A stretch of DNA of 64,000 bases from Alistipes sp. (GTDB lineage: Bacteria; Bacteroidota; Bacteroidia; Bacteroidales; Rikenellaceae): assembly GCA_017937805.1 (NCBI GenBank), contig JAGBCX010000074.1:20022-84021 (forward strand), written 5' to 3'. Shown here piece by piece: positions 49,663 through 59,172 of this stretch (position 1 is the first letter of the stretch; each line of letters starts with the position of its first letter). The position numbers and the translations under genes were made by a program. Below the pieces are notes generated by a model that was not told where the DNA came from, searched no databases, and saw nothing but the letters and a program-made list of their open reading frames with translations.

Positions 49663-50652
49663 ATGAATAGCACCCCAACCATATCTATTATTGTTCCGGT
49701 ATTTAATGCAGAGTCGTACCTATCTCGATGCATTGACAGTTTGTTAGCCCAAACTTTCAAGGAGTTCGAAATCGTCATGGTCAATGATGGTAGCACCGAC
49801 TCTTCGGGCGATATTTGCGATAATTATGCCCAACAAGACGACCGCATTCGTGTTGTTCATCAGCCTAATCAAGGTGTGGCAGCCGCCAGACAGCGTGGCG
49901 TAGATATGGCGCAGGGAGTCTTCTCTATACACGTTGATCCAGATGATTGGGTAGAGCCTACCATGTTGGAAGAGTTATATGGCAAAGCAATAGAGCAAAA
50001 TGCCGATATGACTATATGCGATTTTATGGTTGACACCTCCGACAAAAGTAGTTATCTATCCCAAGATATCAACAATTGCGATGCTATCAATTGCCTCAAC
50101 CGCTTGATGTACGGAAAGATTCACGGCAGCCTATGCAACAAACTTATTCGCACCGAGTTATACAGAGAGTTTAACATTCGTTTTTTCGAGGGCATTAACT
50201 ACTGTGAGGACTTTTTGATATGCGCACAACTATTTCTATGCGGGATAGATGTTGCCTACCTGCCAAAGGCCTTCTACCACTATGATCAAGTATGCAACGA
50301 GAATAGCATAACTCGCAAATATACCAAACAGACATTGAACATGCGTCTTCAAATTTTTGAGATTCTCAAAGGGCTATTAAAAGAGCGAAGATGTATGTTA
50401 CCTCAACCGAAGAGTCTTTTATCTCGTCTTTTCAGGTTATATCCGAAAGAGACTCGCGCGTCATTGTCGCAAGTAGTAATAGGAATTGCCGTTGAGTGTC
50501 AATACCATCGGATTCTAACACCGAGGGAATTTGCTAAAACATTTGGTCGTTACCGCAAAGATTTTATGCAATCGGACCACGCATTAAAATTTCGCATGTC
50601 ATTGATAAAGATGGCCTCTTTCGGTTGTTTTAGGTCGAATAAAGTTGAATAG
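49663..50652 (+). CDS. Glycosyltransferase family 2 (copy b)
   Basis: ISIIVPVFN, VNDGSTD and HVDPDD. Confidence 0.92.
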   Translation: MNSTPTISIIVPVFNAESYLSRCIDSLLAQTFKEFEIVMVNDGSTDSSGDICDNYAQQDDRIRVVHQPNQGVAAARQRGVDMAQGVFSIHVDPDDWVEPTMLEELYGKAIEQNADMTICDFMVDTSDKSSYLSQDINNCDAINCLNRLMYGKIHGSLCNKLIRTELYREFNIRFFEGINYCEDFLICAQLFLCGIDVAYLPKAFYHYDQVCNENSITRKYTKQTLNMRLQIFEILKGLLKERRCMLPQPKSLLSRLFRLYPKETRASLSQVVIGIAVECQYHRILTPREFAKTFGRYRKDFMQSDHALKFRMSLIKMASFGCFRSNKVE

Positions 50653-50734
50653 TAGTTCTTGTATATAATTATTTTGCATTCTGCTTTTTGCATTTTGATT
50701 TTTATTTGTATCTTTGCAGTCGCAAAAAGGTTTT

Positions 50735-50811
<77 letters not shown>

Positions 50812-50816
50812 AAGAG

Positions 50817-50848
50817 AAGTCGCAGTCAAAAAGGCTGCGACTTTTTTT
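50817..50848 (+). terminator. Terminator after the tRNA
   Basis: AAGTCGCAGTC-AAAAA-GGCTGCGACTT followed by a T run. Confidence 0.8.
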
Positions 50849-50854
50849 AGTTAT

Positions 50855-51048
50855 CTGAACTCCTAACCTTGTCAAGGCGCAACCTTTCTGGGGGTTATAG
50901 GGGCGGGCGTTCCGCCCTTTATGGGGGCGCTCCCGTTGGTCGCTCTATGGGGTGCGCTCTCAACTCTCAGCTCTCAGCTCTCAGTTCTCAACTCTCAACT
51001 CTCAGCTCTCAGTTCTCAGCTGAACTCCTAACCTTGTCAAGGCGCAAC
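50855..51048. repeat. 29-bp direct repeat enclosing a GC-rich segment and a heptamer array
   Basis: CTGAACTCCTAACCTTGTCAAGGCGCAAC at 50855-50883 and 51020-51048, with a (CTCTCAG/A)n array between them. Confidence 0.85.
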
Positions 51049-51136
51049 AAAATTAACGGATAGTAAGGGCTAGTAAAGGCTAGTAAGGGGAGCGCATTAG
51101 GTTTTTAACTACTCACTACTCGTTACTCACTACTCA

Positions 51137-52807
51137 CTAATACTTAAAGGCGCTGCCACCCACGAACTCTCGCAAAACCGAAGTCGGAGGAATCTCGTCT
51201 GTGCCGATAGTGTGGAAGTTGTCGAGGAATTTAAGCAAGCCCTGCGCTGTGGCGTACTCGGGGCGGGTATTAGGAATGGCTCGCAATAACGGCTCGGCAA
51301 GGGGTTTCAGCACCGCAATCTCATAGAAAAGCGACGAGTTGAACATCACATCGGCCTCCTCCTGATATGGAAAGATATTTCTCTCCTCGCCACGGCGCAC
51401 ACTCGGCCAGCGGGCAATCGTATCGGCGGCACTTGTACCTCGTGTGGCATTGTCGCGTATCATTCGGCGCAACAAACGATTGTCGGTGGTATGTATGCGT
51501 GAGGTGTTATCCATCGCCACCGAGGTAAAGCACGATGCATAGATACAGAACTTTGCTGTGTCGGGGATACTCGGTGTAAGGCGTGGGTTGAGCGAGTGAA
51601 TGCCCTCCATTATAAGTATCGAACGGTCATCGAGTTGCAGAGGATTGTCGTGCCACTTGCGTGTACCGCTAATAAAGTCGAAACGTGGAATCTCGACACT
51701 CTCGCCTGCCATCAAACGCCCCAAATCATCGTTTAATCGCGCGAGGTCTATCGCCTCCAATGCTTCGAAATCGTAGTCGCCATTCTCATCACGCGGTGTA
51801 TCCTCGCGATTTACGAAGTAGTCATCGGTCGAAACCAACACAGGGTGCAGACCAAGTACTCGCAACTGCACACCGAGTCGCTTCGAGGTGGTTGTCTTAC
51901 CACTTGACGAAGGTCCCGAAATCAAAACAAGTCGCAGACCTCGCTCGCGATTTGCCTCGGCTATGGTGTCGGCAATACGCGCCAAGCGTTTTTCGTGCAG
52001 AGCCTCCGCAATCTGTATCAACTCACTCGCATCACCCTGCTCAATACGTTTGTTCAACTTTCCGACTGTCGGCACACCCATAATATCCACCCACTCGCTG
52101 TAACCATCAAAGATAGAGAACATCTTTTGTAAATTTGGCGCAGGGGCAATAGTGTCGGGCGCAGTGCGAGATGGTAACGAGATGTAGAAGCCTTTAAAAT
52201 ATGGTTGCACCTCGAAGCGGTCGATATAACCCGTAGATGGAGCAAGCGCACCGAAGAAATAACCCACCTCATCGCCCAATCGTTCAACCGAACTATAGAG
52301 TCGTTGGCGTGTCTGCAGAAGGTCTATTTTATCATCAAAACCTCGCTTTGCGAACTCTTCGACAACCTCTTCGGTAGGCAATTTCTCGCGCGTGATAGGT
52401 AAATCGGCATCAACAATTGAAAGAGCCGTAGTATAGAGTGCCTGACACTCCTTTGTCGAAAACTCGGTTTTGCCCTCCACCTCGCAGTAGATGCTATCGC
52501 CTATGGCATGGCGTGCATGGAACCTCTGCTGAGGATACAATTTCGACACAACAGCCTGCATAATGAATATCATTGAGCGTTGATAGACACGAAAGCCTGC
52601 GAGGTGTGTAATGTCGAAGAACTCCACCTTGGCAGGGGTGTAAATCTTGTAGTTCAGCTCCTTGATTTTGTTATTTACAAAGGCTGCAAGGAGGGGGCGT
52701 TTGCCCTTCAAGCCGAGCTGTTCGGCAAGTTCCACCAACGATGTACCCATCTCAACATCAGTAGTCGAGTTGTCATTCACGCACTTAATTTTCACAAAAT
52801 TAGCCAT
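51137..52807 (-). CDS. Nucleoside (uridine) kinase-family protein with a ThrRS-like N-terminal region
   Basis: Walker A SGPSSSGKTT, DDYF, EGIH and RLLRRMIRD. Confidence 0.85.
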   Translation of the reverse strand: MANFVKIKCVNDNSTTDVEMGTSLVELAEQLGLKGKRPLLAAFVNNKIKELNYKIYTPAKVEFFDITHLAGFRVYQRSMIFIMQAVVSKLYPQQRFHARHAIGDSIYCEVEGKTEFSTKECQALYTTALSIVDADLPITREKLPTEEVVEEFAKRGFDDKIDLLQTRQRLYSSVERLGDEVGYFFGALAPSTGYIDRFEVQPYFKGFYISLPSRTAPDTIAPAPNLQKMFSIFDGYSEWVDIMGVPTVGKLNKRIEQGDASELIQIAEALHEKRLARIADTIAEANRERGLRLVLISGPSSSGKTTTSKRLGVQLRVLGLHPVLVSTDDYFVNREDTPRDENGDYDFEALEAIDLARLNDDLGRLMAGESVEIPRFDFISGTRKWHDNPLQLDDRSILIMEGIHSLNPRLTPSIPDTAKFCIYASCFTSVAMDNTSRIHTTDNRLLRRMIRDNATRGTSAADTIARWPSVRRGEERNIFPYQEEADVMFNSSLFYEIAVLKPLAEPLLRAIPNTRPEYATAQGLLKFLDNFHTIGTDEIPPTSVLREFVGGSAFKY

Positions 52808-52918
52808 AATAAAAGCAATTATTCTCTATCAAAGATAACGAAAATATTTGAAATTTATTTAGTTTTCAGTTTTTTCATTATCTTTGTAGTAATTGTGAAA
52901 CTTAAAACTTATTACTAT

Positions 52919-55735
52919 ATGTTCGACCAATTTGTAAATCGTCATATCGGGTGTAGTAACCCCGATACTCTCAAAGCGATGCTCGACACTATCGGTGTCG
53001 GCTCGGTAGATGAACTTATCTCGCAGGTTATCCCTTCGGATATTCGACTCAATACTCCTCTTGCTCTATCCAAGCCTTTGAGCGAGTACGAATTTGCGGC
53101 CCATATTCAGGAGTTGGCAGCGCGTAATCAGCAGTTCCGTTCATTTATCGGTATGGGTTACTATCCTAATGCCGTATCGGCAGCCATTATGCGCAATGTA
53201 TTCGAGAATCCTGCGTGGTACACCTCCTACACCCCTTATCAAGCGGAGATTTCGCAAGGTCGCTTGGAGGCTCTCCTCAATTATCAGACCGCAATTATCT
53301 CGCTTACGGGAATGGAGATTGCCAACTGCTCGTTGCTCGATGAGGGAACGGCAGCTGCCGAGGCTATGGCGATGATGTTCGCATTGCGCTCGCGCGAGGC
53401 GGTAAAAGAGGGGCGCAATCTCCTCTTTGTAGATGAGAATATTTTTCCGCAGACGCTCGATGTACTGCTCACCCGTAGTGAGCCGTTCGGCATTGAGTTG
53501 ATAGTGGATAACTACGCCGACTACACCTTCACGGGCAAGGAGTTCGGAGCAATTGTGCAGTATCCTGCCGCAAATGGTGAGGTGCGCGACTACTCCGACT
53601 TTGTCGCTGCGGCTCACGCCGTAGGTGCGCTTGTAACTGCAGATGCAGATTTGCTCTCGTTGACACTTCTCACACCACCGGCAGAGTGGGGCGCAGATAT
53701 CGCCGTAGGCACTACCCAGCGTCTGGGTTGCCCGATGGGATTTGGCGGTCCTTCGGCAGGATATATGGCAACCAAAGAGGCGTTCAAACGCAATATGCCG
53801 GGAAGAATTATTGGGGTTTCGGTGGACAGACTTGGTCGCAGAGCATTGCGTATGGCATTGCAGATGCGTGAGCAACATATCAAGCGCGAGCGTGCAACCT
53901 CAAATATCTGCACCTCGGTAGCACTTATGGCTTCGATTGTCGGTTTCCACTGCGTATATAATGGAGCAGAGGGCTTGCGCCGTGCTGCTCTCACCGCACA
54001 TCTTTCGGCTTTGACCGCAGCGAAGGGCATAGAGGCCTTGGGCTATAAATTGACAAATACAAACTTCTTCGACACGCTCGATATCGAGGCGGAGGCTTCT
54101 GTCGTTGAGTCGGTAGCGGAGGAACACCACATAAATTTCTACTACCCTTCGGAGTTCCGCGTGCGCCTTTCGTTTGACGATGTCACCACTCCTGCCGAGG
54201 TTGAGGAGGTTATCGCAATTTTTGCCGAGGCTAAGGGCAAGAAGATGAAGAAGGTTGCCCACGCAACCGAGCCACAGCACTTTATGGCTCGTAAGTCGGC
54301 ATATTTGACCGAGCCTGTATTCAACCGTTATCGTTCGGAGAGCGAGTTGATGCGCTATATCAAGCAGTTGGAGTTGCGAGATATCTCGTTGGCAAACTCG
54401 ATGATTTCGCTCGGCTCTTGCACAATGAAGTTGAATGCTGCCGCTTTGATGCAGCCACTATCCTTGTCGGGCTTCCAGAATATCCACCCATTCGCCCCTG
54501 CCGACCAGCGCGAGGGCTATACTGCACTTATTGAGGAGTTGGAGAGCGACTTGGCAACCATTACGGGCTTTGCAGCCTGCTCCGTTCAGCCAAATTCGGG
54601 TGCTGCGGGCGAATATTCGGGGTTGATGGTTATTCGTGCTTACCACCAGAGCCGCAATCAGGGCTATCGAAATATTGTCTTGATTCCAGCTTCGGCACAC
54701 GGCACAAACCCCGCTTCGGCAGCAATGGCAGGTATGAAGATTGTAACCGTAGCGTGCGATGCGCATGGAAATATCGATGTCGATGACTTGAAAGCAAAAG
54801 CGGAGCAGTACTCTTCGGAGTTGTGCGCCTTGATGGTAACATATCCATCGACACACGGCGTATTCGAGAGCCGTATTCGTGAGATTGTAGATACTATTCA
54901 CGATGCAGGTGGCGAGGTATATATGGACGGTGCAAATATGAATGCGCAGGTTGGTTTGACAAATCCGGGCTTTATCGGAGCCGATGTCTGCCACCTCAAC
55001 CTTCATAAAACCTTCGCAATGCCTCACGGTGGCGGTGGTCCGGGTGTAGGCCCTATCTGTGTGGCTTCGCACCTTGCACCATTCCTCCCTTCGCACTCAG
55101 TAGTGCCTACGGGAGGAGATGAGGGTATCACCGCTGTTTCGTCATCGCCTTGGGGCTCGGCACTCTTGTTGCCTATAACCTACGGCTATATCAAGATGCT
55201 CGGCGCTGACGGTTTGCGCAAGGCTACCGAGATGGCTATCGTAAATGCCAACTATATGGCTTCTGCAATTAAAGAGGAGTTCCGCACCTACTACTCGGGC
55301 GAGACAGGTCGCGTAGGACACGAGATGATTCTCGACTTGACACACTTCAAGCGCGACTACGGCGTAGATTGTGGCGATGTAGCACACCGTCTTATGGACT
55401 ACGGCTTCCATGCACCGACTTTGTCGTTCCCTGTTCACGAAACGCTGATGGTAGAACCTACCGAATCGGAGCCAAAAGAGGAGATGGACCGCTTTATTGA
55501 GGCTTTGGTGCAGATTAAGCGCGAGGCGGAGGCTATCGGTGGCGAGGCTGACAATGTTGTCGCCAACGCTCCACATATTGCCGAGGAGATTGCGGGCGAG
55601 TGGTCACACCCATACTCGCGTCAGGAGGCAGCCTTCCCGTTGGAGTGGGTGGCTCGTTCGAAGTTCTTCCCGTATGTCACTAAGATCGACAACGGCTACG
55701 GCGACCGAAACCTTGTTTGCAAGAACGAGGAGTAA
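52919..55735 (+). CDS. gcvP: Glycine dehydrogenase (decarboxylating)
   Basis: YTPYQAEISQGRLE, LGSCTMKLN and the PLP motif HLNLHKTF. Start set at MFDQFVNRHIG. Confidence 0.97.
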   Translation: MFDQFVNRHIGCSNPDTLKAMLDTIGVGSVDELISQVIPSDIRLNTPLALSKPLSEYEFAAHIQELAARNQQFRSFIGMGYYPNAVSAAIMRNVFENPAWYTSYTPYQAEISQGRLEALLNYQTAIISLTGMEIANCSLLDEGTAAAEAMAMMFALRSREAVKEGRNLLFVDENIFPQTLDVLLTRSEPFGIELIVDNYADYTFTGKEFGAIVQYPAANGEVRDYSDFVAAAHAVGALVTADADLLSLTLLTPPAEWGADIAVGTTQRLGCPMGFGGPSAGYMATKEAFKRNMPGRIIGVSVDRLGRRALRMALQMREQHIKRERATSNICTSVALMASIVGFHCVYNGAEGLRRAALTAHLSALTAAKGIEALGYKLTNTNFFDTLDIEAEASVVESVAEEHHINFYYPSEFRVRLSFDDVTTPAEVEEVIAIFAEAKGKKMKKVAHATEPQHFMARKSAYLTEPVFNRYRSESELMRYIKQLELRDISLANSMISLGSCTMKLNAAALMQPLSLSGFQNIHPFAPADQREGYTALIEELESDLATITGFAACSVQPNSGAAGEYSGLMVIRAYHQSRNQGYRNIVLIPASAHGTNPASAAMAGMKIVTVACDAHGNIDVDDLKAKAEQYSSELCALMVTYPSTHGVFESRIREIVDTIHDAGGEVYMDGANMNAQVGLTNPGFIGADVCHLNLHKTFAMPHGGGGPGVGPICVASHLAPFLPSHSVVPTGGDEGITAVSSSPWGSALLLPITYGYIKMLGADGLRKATEMAIVNANYMASAIKEEFRTYYSGETGRVGHEMILDLTHFKRDYGVDCGDVAHRLMDYGFHAPTLSFPVHETLMVEPTESEPKEEMDRFIEALVQIKREAEAIGGEADNVVANAPHIAEEIAGEWSHPYSRQEAAFPLEWVARSKFFPYVTKIDNGYGDRNLVCKNEE

Positions 55736-55749
55736 CGGCAAAATAGGAG

Positions 55750-55785
55750 AGAAGAGGGTGCTCAACAACAAGAGCACCCTCTTCT
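55750..55785. terminator. Bidirectional terminator
   Basis: AGAAGAGGGTGCTC...GAGCACCCTCTTCT between convergent genes. Confidence 0.85.
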
Positions 55786-55798
55786 ATAATTTTATCAC

Positions 55799-56137
55799 TC
55801 AACGCATTGTACAAATTATAGATGCAGCCACAGATAGAGGAGGAAAACGGAAGTCCTCTTGCCTATACATCTCCACTCTTTCGACACCCTTTCCCGGAGT
55901 TTCTATATCAAATTCAAGAGAGTATTTCCCATTATTATCACGCTGAAGAATACCGTGCAACTTGCACTCTTTTAGTATTAGCGGGCTTATTTCTCCATTG
56001 GAATTGAGCAAATGGTAGTATTTATATGATGTACCCATGTGGGATCTGGCATAAAATAGGATATATTCGGATTTATATAACTCCTCAAATAGGATTTTCG
56101 TATCTCTTGCGCCATTTTCATATACAGCATGGAACAT
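55799..56137 (-). CDS. AT-rich orphan hypothetical protein (112 aa)
   Basis: ORF starting MFHAVYENGARD directly downstream of leader copy C. No family recognised. Confidence 0.5.
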   Translation of the reverse strand: MFHAVYENGARDTKILFEELYKSEYILFYARSHMGTSYKYYHLLNSNGEISPLILKECKLHGILQRDNNGKYSLEFDIETPGKGVERVEMYRQEDFRFPPLSVAASIICTMR

Positions 56138-56190
56138 AGTAGTACGGATTTTATGCCCTCTACTCCCGAAAGGGCTTTTAATTAAACAAA

Positions 56191-56427
56191 GAAAGTGTGG
56201 AGTCAATTCGTCTATCTAGAAATAGGCATTTGGCGTAGCCCAACAACAAATAAACTATACCCCACACCTGTAAGGTATGGAGTTGGCATAGATTATACCA
56301 TAAAACACACCTATACAAGCGATGTAAGTATTCGTTATTCTTGTTGTTTTAAAATCGCCAAATTTTATTTCTAAGAATTAGCGAAACACTTTCACTAAAA
56401 TATGTCTGCAATCTCCATGGACTGCAC
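56191..56427 (-). ncRNA. Structured leader element, copy C
   Basis: Promoter box TATATTTG (56430-56437) and the same conserved blocks and helices as copies A and B. Confidence 0.75.
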
Positions 56428-56541
56428 CACAAATATAACAACTTATTGCGAAAAGTGCAAAAAATAGTAGCAAACCACTTTTAAATATCATGGTGCGAAT
56501 TTATCCCCTTTTGACTCCGAAAAGGTTTTTAATTAAACAAA

Positions 56542-56776
56542 GAAAGTGTGGAGTCAATGCGTCTATCTGAACGAAGGTTGTGGAATAACCCGAACACAAA
56601 TAAACAATACCCCACACCCGTATTGGTAGGTATAGGGCAAGGAAAGTGCCAATACACCAATACACGGTGATGAGTGCGTTGCTCTCCTTGTGTTCTAAAA
56701 ACTTCCACATTTTCGTTCAAGGATAAAAGCGAATACACTTTCATCAAAATATGTCTGCAATCTCCGTGGACTGCAC
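56542..56776 (-). ncRNA. Structured leader element, copy D (no full-length gene downstream)
   Basis: Promoter box TATATTTG (56779-56786); tandem to copy C. Confidence 0.75.
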
Positions 56777-56894
56777 CACAAATATAGTAACTTATTACGA
56801 AAAGTGCAAAAAAAATGATTAGACACTAATATTCACAAATTTTCACTATCTTTGCGAAAGGAATAAGTATTACATTAAACAATTTATATAAGGT

Positions 56895-57467
56895 ATGAAG
56901 GTAGAAAACACAAAATTTGTTGCGGTAAACTATACGCTTACCGTTGATGGACAGGTAGCAGATAAGAATCCGGAGGGACAGCCTCTCGAATTTGTTTGCG
57001 GTGCAGGTATGTTGCTCCCTAAGTTCGAGGGCGCACTCATCGGCAAGGAACCGGGCGATAAGGTTTCCTTCACTTTGGAGCCAAAAGATGGCTACGGCGA
57101 GTTGATTCAGGAGGCTATCGTGGAGTTGCCAAAGACAATCTTTATGATTGACGGCAAGGTTGTCGAGGAGATGTTGTTCGTGGGCAATATCGTGCCTATG
57201 AGCGATGCTGAGGGACACCGTATGAACGGTATTATCCGCGAGGTTAAGGAGGAGACTATCATCATGGACTTCAATCACCCAATGGCAGGCAAGACCTTGA
57301 ACTTCGATGTAGAGGTTGTTGAGGTGCGCGATGTTACCCCTGAGGACCTTGCTCCAAAGGGCGGTTGCTCGTGCGGTTGCGACCACGACCACTGCGAGGG
57401 TTGCGGTGAAGACCACCACTGCGGCGAGGGCGAGTGCAATGGCGACCACGAGTGCCACTGCCACTAA
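56895..57467 (+). CDS. slyD: FKBP-type PPIase SlyD
   Basis: DFNHPMAGKTLNFDVEV and a His/Cys-rich tail. Confidence 0.93.
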   Translation: MKVENTKFVAVNYTLTVDGQVADKNPEGQPLEFVCGAGMLLPKFEGALIGKEPGDKVSFTLEPKDGYGELIQEAIVELPKTIFMIDGKVVEEMLFVGNIVPMSDAEGHRMNGIIREVKEETIIMDFNHPMAGKTLNFDVEVVEVRDVTPEDLAPKGGCSCGCDHDHCEGCGEDHHCGEGECNGDHECHCH

Positions 57468-57552
57468 ACCTAGTGGAGAGTTAAAAGTTGAGAGTGGAGA
57501 GTTGTTCTTCACTCTCTTTTGTTTTATAGATTTGTCTGCAAAATAATTTTCA

Positions 57553-57675
57553 AAATTGGATTTTAAGGAGGGAAATACAAGGCGCGCAAGAAATCGGGTG
57601 CGCAGCATAGTAGACCTATGTGAGCAACCCGATTATCGAAGTGCAACGCAGTAGTTGCCCCTTAAAATGCAATTT
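57553..57675 (+). repeat. REP/RPE-like element, copy 7, overlapping the cysS stop
   Basis: Ends AAATTGGATTTTAAGG / CCTTAAAATGCAATTT with central GCAGCATAG-TAGAC-CTATGTGAG. Confidence 0.75.
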
Positions 57676-59149
57676 ATTCTATCTCCCAGTCGTAACCGTC
57701 CTTGCGGTCCTTCACTCGGATACCAATAGCGGTGAGTTTATCGCGAATCTCGTCAGAGAGCGCCCAATTCTTATCCGCCTTTGCCTGCATACGCATATCG
57801 AGCAACATCGTTACAAGTGGCGATACCATATCCTTACCCCCCGTAGCCTCTGCCTTCTCGTTCTCCAAGCCGAGAATATCGAACACCCAACGCTGCACGG
57901 TAGCCTCTGCCTTTGCCTTATCCTCAGCAGTCAAGGTCTGCTTGCCCTCCGAGAGCTGGTTGAAGAGTCGAACATAGTCGAACATCGTAGAGATTACGAT
58001 TGGCGAGTTTAAATCGTCAGCCATAGCCTCGGCACAACGACTCTCAATCTCATCAACATCAAACGATGACGAAGCCGAAACAGGTGCCTTGTGCAACGCC
58101 TCGATACCCTTCATCAAGCGGTCCAAGCCCTTCTCTGCCGCCTGCAACGCCTCATTCGAGAAGTCGAGTGTAGAGCGATAGTGCGCCTGCAAGATAAAGA
58201 AACGCACGGTCATTGGCGAGTATGCCTGCTCCAAGGCAGGGTGGTCGCCATTGAACATCTGTTCGAGGGTGATAAAGTTGTTGTACGACTTACCCATCTT
58301 CTTGCCGTTGATGGTAATCATATTGTTGTGTACCCAATAGCGAGCCGAGTCGTGTCCGAGAGCAGCGGTAGATTGTGCAATCTCGCACTCGTGGTGTGGG
58401 AACATCAAGTCCATACCGCCACCGTGAATATCAAACTTCTCTCCGAGGTACTTGGTGCTCATTGCCGAACACTCCATGTGCCAACCAGGGAAACCATCGC
58501 TCCACGGCGAAGGCCAACGCATAATATGCTCTGGTGCGGCCTTCTTCCACAACGCAAAGTCGTAGGAGTGGTGCTTATCCTGCTGACCATCGAGTTGGCG
58601 GGTGTCGGTTACGATATCGTCAAGGTTACGGCCCGACAAAATGCCATATTTATGGTCGTGGTTGTACTTCTCGACATCGAAGTAGATTGAACCATTCGAC
58701 TCGTAGGCGTAGCCTGCATCAATGATGCGCTTCACGAAGTCAATCTGCTCGATGATGTGTCCCGAAGCATGAGGCTCAATCGAAGGGGTTTGCACGCCCA
58801 ATTTCGCCATAAAGGTCTTGTAACGCTCGGTGTAGTAGTGGGCAACCTCCATAGGCTCCAACTGCTCCAAGCGAGCCTTCTTTGCGATCTTGTCCTCGCC
58901 CTCATCGGCATCGTGTTCGAGGTGACCTACATCGGTGATGTTGCGCACATAGCGCACCTTGTAGCCCTCCGCCTTCAAGTAGCGGAACAAGAGGTCGAAG
59001 GTGATAGCAGGTCGGGTGTGTCCGAGGTGCGGGTCGCCATATACGGTTGGTCCGCAGACATACATTCCGACACGACCTTCGTTTATCGGCTCAAACGCCT
59101 CCTTGCGGCGTGAGAGTGTGTTGTAAAGAAGAAGTTTTGGTTTAGCCAT
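57674..59149 (-). CDS. cysS: Cysteine--tRNA ligase
   Basis: [22 protein letters not shown] and KMGKS. Confidence 0.97.
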   Translation of the reverse strand: MAKPKLLLYNTLSRRKEAFEPINEGRVGMYVCGPTVYGDPHLGHTRPAITFDLLFRYLKAEGYKVRYVRNITDVGHLEHDADEGEDKIAKKARLEQLEPMEVAHYYTERYKTFMAKLGVQTPSIEPHASGHIIEQIDFVKRIIDAGYAYESNGSIYFDVEKYNHDHKYGILSGRNLDDIVTDTRQLDGQQDKHHSYDFALWKKAAPEHIMRWPSPWSDGFPGWHMECSAMSTKYLGEKFDIHGGGMDLMFPHHECEIAQSTAALGHDSARYWVHNNMITINGKKMGKSYNNFITLEQMFNGDHPALEQAYSPMTVRFFILQAHYRSTLDFSNEALQAAEKGLDRLMKGIEALHKAPVSASSSFDVDEIESRCAEAMADDLNSPIVISTMFDYVRLFNQLSEGKQTLTAEDKAKAEATVQRWVFDILGLENEKAEATGGKDMVSPLVTMLLDMRMQAKADKNWALSDEIRDKLTAIGIRVKDRKDGYDWEIE

Positions 59150-59172
59150 ATCTTTTTGTTTTGATTTTTCAA

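Noticed and set aside
52580-52918. N-terminal extensions given by the ORF track for gcvP, recG, GH2, nth and apbE
   Set aside because: They overlap neighbouring genes or promoters; downstream ATGs fit family starts and promoter positions better.
56191-56776. Tandem repeats considered as a CRISPR array
   Set aside because: There are only two long diverged units, no short identical repeat-spacer periodicity, and no cas genes.
57340-57467. GACCAC/TGCG-rich low-complexity stretch
   Set aside because: Explained by the normal His/Cys-rich metal-binding tail of SlyD.
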